A stretch of DNA of 32,000 nt, taken from Alkanindiges sp. WGS2144. GTDB lineage: Bacteria; Pseudomonadota; Gammaproteobacteria; Pseudomonadales; Moraxellaceae. The first letter of the stretch is position 1; every line of letters begins with the position of its first letter. Positions 29,329 to 32,000 of the stretch are shown here, piece by piece. Made by a program: the position numbers and the translations under genes. The stretch lies in assembly GCF_043950625.1 (NCBI RefSeq), contig NZ_CP171007.1; one strand, 5' to 3'. A model generated the notes under the pieces. That model was not told the origin of the DNA and made no database searches. It was given only the letters and a program-made list of their open reading frames with translations.

Positions 29329-30459
29329 CTAGGCAGGTGGCAGAACATTACCAGGGATGCCCCTAACCACCTTGTAGACCTGATCCGGCGTTTGCGCCTG
29401 GTTGATTTTCTCTATTACTTCCAGTTGTTTTAGCGGGTCACGGGCAATGATAGCAGGTTCGGGCTGCTTTTGCGGGTTAAATGGCAATGCTTTCAATGCG
29501 GCCTTGCAATCCGTTGCGGATACTTTAAGCGTCGCGCCTTGCTGGTCGTAACAGTTACAGCCCCCTTTAGGCGTGGCCATACATCCGGCAAAGCGTGGGG
29601 CATCCATTGCCTGATATTGATAGTTACTGTAATCGGTTTCAAAAGGCTTGTTAGGATCATAAACAATAGTGCGTACATTGCGGTTCATATCCTGCCCCGG
29701 TGCCTGCGGCACCTGTTCAGATTCAGACGGCTTAGCCTCTCCAGCCGCTTGCGCGTCCGGTTTGGCTTTAGGGTCTAAAGGGTTAGATACCGTTTTGCCC
29801 TGGGCATTAGTAACCGGACTTTTGCCATTAATGAAATTCTGGGTATTGTCAGAAAAGGTAATCTTCCAGACAAAGATAGATAGGGCAACAATCGCACCGA
29901 TAATCAGCCAAAGCTTTTTAGGCAGCTTAAACTTTACGTTGTGTTCATTGGAGGATTTATAAACTTTGAATAAATCCTTCGGATATTTAAACAGGAACTC
30001 ATTTTCTACTAGTGCCCGTTGCGTCTGGCTTGCAGGGTTACGGACTGCCCTTCTCCAGTAGTAAACCGTAGCAAGGCTTGCACCATAGGGGCGGTGTAAA
30101 TGGTAATGTTCGCCCACCAAGTCCAGGATATGATTATGTAAGAACTTGGGCGACTGGGTTATAAAAATTATGTCATGCCCGGTATGCCGATGCACTTCCA
30201 TAGCCTGTACTATTTCATCCTGTGAACGCTGCCCACGGGTTGCTGCAAAGCGTTGATGCTGCTGGGCTTCGTCATAGACGACTATAGAGCCGTCCGGGGT
30301 TTCACGCCAATCTTCCGGGCTTTTTTCTATACCCTGAATATTCAGGCCGTCAATATCAGAGTAAATTTCCCGCTTGTTTTCTTTTGCCCACTGAATGATT
30401 TTGGATACAGCGAATAGGGTTTTGCCTGATCCGGGCGTGCCAGTAATCAAAATAATCAT
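29329..30459 (-). CDS. Zot-like / pI-type filamentous-phage assembly NTPase
   Basis: N-terminal MIILITGTPGSGKT Walker A typical of zonula occludens toxin family proteins, a central TM helix (LWLIIGAIVALSIFVW) and a Pro/Ala/Gln-rich periplasmic C-terminal part. Confidence 0.9.
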   Translation of the reverse strand: MIILITGTPGSGKTLFAVSKIIQWAKENKREIYSDIDGLNIQGIEKSPEDWRETPDGSIVVYDEAQQHQRFAATRGQRSQDEIVQAMEVHRHTGHDIIFITQSPKFLHNHILDLVGEHYHLHRPYGASLATVYYWRRAVRNPASQTQRALVENEFLFKYPKDLFKVYKSSNEHNVKFKLPKKLWLIIGAIVALSIFVWKITFSDNTQNFINGKSPVTNAQGKTVSNPLDPKAKPDAQAAGEAKPSESEQVPQAPGQDMNRNVRTIVYDPNKPFETDYSNYQYQAMDAPRFAGCMATPKGGCNCYDQQGATLKVSATDCKAALKALPFNPQKQPEPAIIARDPLKQLEVIEKINQAQTPDQVYKVVRGIPGNVLPPA

Positions 30460-30460
30460 A

Positions 30461-30739
30461 TCAAACCTTTTTAAGCGTTAAGCCCATACTATTGATAGTT
30501 GCCCTGGCAATCACCGCGCCAATAAGAACAGATAGGGCAACGTCACAACCTGATAAACCAAGAAATGACAAGACCACGCCACCATTAGAAAATAAACCAC
30601 TTAAACCCTGATTAATGAACTGGCGGACTATAGTTAAGATGATTTGACTGGACATGAGGCCAAGACCAGCACCCAACAACATGCGCTTTACTGCCGAACC
30701 TAGCAAAAGCTGACCCACTAAAAACAGTAGTTTTCCCAC
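30461..30739 (-). CDS. small hydrophobic virion/assembly protein (pVI- or DUF2523-like)
   Basis: 92 aa with 2-3 Gly/Leu-rich TM segments. A GTG start has a perfect AGGAGG 7 nt upstream. Its stop is 1 nt from the zot ATG, the usual position for this protein in inoviruses. The track start at 30808 adds an Arg-rich leader with no SD. Confidence 0.65.
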   Translation of the reverse strand: MGKLLFLVGQLLLGSAVKRMLLGAGLGLMSSQIILTIVRQFINQGLSGLFSNGGVVLSFLGLSGCDVALSVLIGAVIARATINSMGLTLKKV

Positions 30740-30823
30740 GTTTAGGCCTCCTTTTTTTGCAATGGGTGCAGCGTGTGTCCTCGCACGGCTGCGGGCAGCA
30801 CGCCGCACCCATTGCTATATTTT

Positions 30824-32000
30824 TTAGCCATCGGTTGCACCTCCCCGACCTGTACCAGCTACGATATAGGCGCCGAGAATGTAAGCGCTACCAATAACGA
30901 AAGGCCGCAGGGACTGCATGAAAGAGCAAAGTGGCTGATAGCTAAATTCCATCGGTACAGCGTTATTCATAATCGTAACGGAAGTAGTAAAAGGGGCTGG
31001 GCACTGGGCACCAAAGTTAATATTTGGATTTTCTACTTCAATTTCTAAAGCTGAGACATTGACGAGCCCATCTTCAGCAGCTGGTGCTTCTTTTACCCAT
31101 TCCCGGTGAGCTTCATCTTTGGCAGTCTGTTCTTTAATAGCTTCTTTGGTCGCTGTTGCGTCAGAGTGGGCAATATCACCAATGCGCGTGTCATTTGCAG
31201 TGTTTTCTTCGGTGGCTTCTTTGTTTGCCACAGCGTCAGAATGTGCCTGTGTACCAATACGGGTATTTTCTGCTGTACCTTCGTTCACTGCGTCTTTTAC
31301 GCCTGTAATAGAGCCTGTAAGTGTATCAACGGCGGAGGTAATGGCATCTTTTATGCCTGTAATGGCATTGATTAAAGAATCAATAGCAGGGTTTACCAGA
31401 TCTTTTATGGCTTCTTTTGCATTGCTAATTGCATCAGAGATTGCAGAACCTTGGTTGACTAGCTCGCCTTTGATTTCAGTAGCAGCGTTATCTATTTTTG
31501 TTCCATTGTTGACCAATTCGCCCTTGATCTCGGTTTTTGCTTGATCGGTTTTTTGGCCGTTATTGACTAGCTCTCCTTTGATTTCAGTAGCTGTATTATT
31601 GAGAGTGTTCACAGCTGAAGCAGCATTAACAACAGCGCCTTTCATCTCATCCATTTTTTGGCCGTTGTTGACAAGCTCGCCTTTCATTTCTTGTGTTGCG
31701 GTAGCTACCCTGGCGGTTTGCTGAACATTTTGTTCAGATGCTGAAGCAGCCCGTCCACTATTCGCATTGCTGATATTCATTGCATTACAGATGAATGAAG
31801 CCCATGAGCAAAATGCGGGGAGCTTGAATTTTTCAGTAGGAGCGTTAGGGTTATTCGGGTCGGTTTTATCTATGTCACGGTCACCCGCTTGATCTTCAAC
31901 GCCTGTATTTGATTCTAATTCACGCGGCACAGATGGCGAAAACGGATAATTGCGCTCATTATCATAATTACGAGGATCAGCAACAGCCTCTATTGCCCTA
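30824..32000 (-). CDS. minor coat/adsorption protein (pIII-like, TspB C-terminal-domain-like), 5'-incomplete in the window
   Basis: The frame stays open upstream of the track's GTG (31930) to the window edge (...RAIEAVADPRNYDNERNYPFSPS-VPRELES...). Contains a LPAFCSWASFIC motif, central 18-aa tandem repeats and a C-terminal membrane anchor (FVIGSAYILGAYIVAG). Located directly upstream of the pVI-like and Zot genes. Confidence 0.7.
   Translation of the reverse strand, partial: RAIEAVADPRNYDNERNYPFSPSVPRELESNTGVEDQAGDRDIDKTDPNNPNAPTEKFKLPAFCSWASFICNAMNISNANSGRAASASEQNVQQTARVATATQEMKGELVNNGQKMDEMKGAVVNAASAVNTLNNTATEIKGELVNNGQKTDQAKTEIKGELVNNGTKIDNAATEIKGELVNQGSAISDAISNAKEAIKDLVNPAIDSLINAITGIKDAITSAVDTLTGSITGVKDAVNEGTAENTRIGTQAHSDAVANKEATEENTANDTRIGDIAHSDATATKEAIKEQTAKDEAHREWVKEAPAAEDGLVNVSALEIEVENPNINFGAQCPAPFTTSVTIMNNAVPMEFSYQPLCSFMQSLRPFVIGSAYILGAYIVAGTGRGGATDG
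31453..31695 (-). repeat. in-frame 54-bp (18-aa) tandem repeats within the adsorption protein gene
   Basis: Plus-strand units GTTGACTAGCTCGCCTTTGATTTCAGTAGC (31453), GTTGACCAATTCGCCCTTGATCTCGGTTTT (31507), ATTGACTAGCTCTCCTTTGATTTCAGTAGC (31561) and a diverged copy at 31666. They encode (A)TEIKGELVNNGxK... three times plus QEMKGELVNNGQK. Confidence 0.75.

Larger units (their letters stand above)
28158..32000 (-). mobile_element. integrase-proximal end of a filamentous (inovirus-like) prophage, continuing beyond the window
   Basis: Collinear minus-strand module: adsorption protein, small hydrophobic protein, Zot/pI, integrase. It abuts a truncated tRNA and is visibly more AT-rich than the flanking core. 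Confidence 0.8.

Noticed and set aside
31106-31544. 89-aa and 141-aa plus-strand ORFs
   Set aside because: They are antisense to the repeat region of the adsorption protein gene. Their Cys/Phe/Val/Ser-rich sequences mirror the sense-strand repeats.

Overview
The window has two parts. Positions 1-28097 are conserved gammaproteobacterial housekeeping genes. The gene order resembles Pseudomonas and Moraxellaceae: xerD-dsbC-hom; feoAB; murD-ftsW; dksA-gluQ; nudF-cpdA with thiC and tolC nearby; and argH facing algZ-algR-hemCDXY. The taxonomic placement is inference from gene order and protein motifs only. Positions 28098-32000 are visibly more AT-rich and form the accessory region. They hold the integrase-proximal end of a filamentous (inovirus-like) prophage, with all genes on the minus strand: a repeat-containing adsorption (pIII/TspB-like) protein that is still open at the window edge, a small hydrophobic pVI/DUF2523-like protein, a Zot/pI-type assembly NTPase, a structured spacer and a tyrosine integrase. 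The integrase abuts a 5'-truncated tRNA-Glu(UUC), the probable att junction. Supportable non-coding features are a THI-box (TPP) riboswitch in the thiC leader with an atypical interrupted layout, a canonical-looking Pho box upstream of a stand-alone phoU, a candidate Fur box upstream of feoA, several Rho-independent terminators, and paired palindromes in the 5' end of gluQ just downstream of dksA. I saw no CRISPR array, rRNA gene, transposase or intact tRNA. The prophage junction is the most interesting region. I did not find an obviously new multi-gene system in the core part. All functional calls come from reading motifs in the supplied translations, not from database searches.
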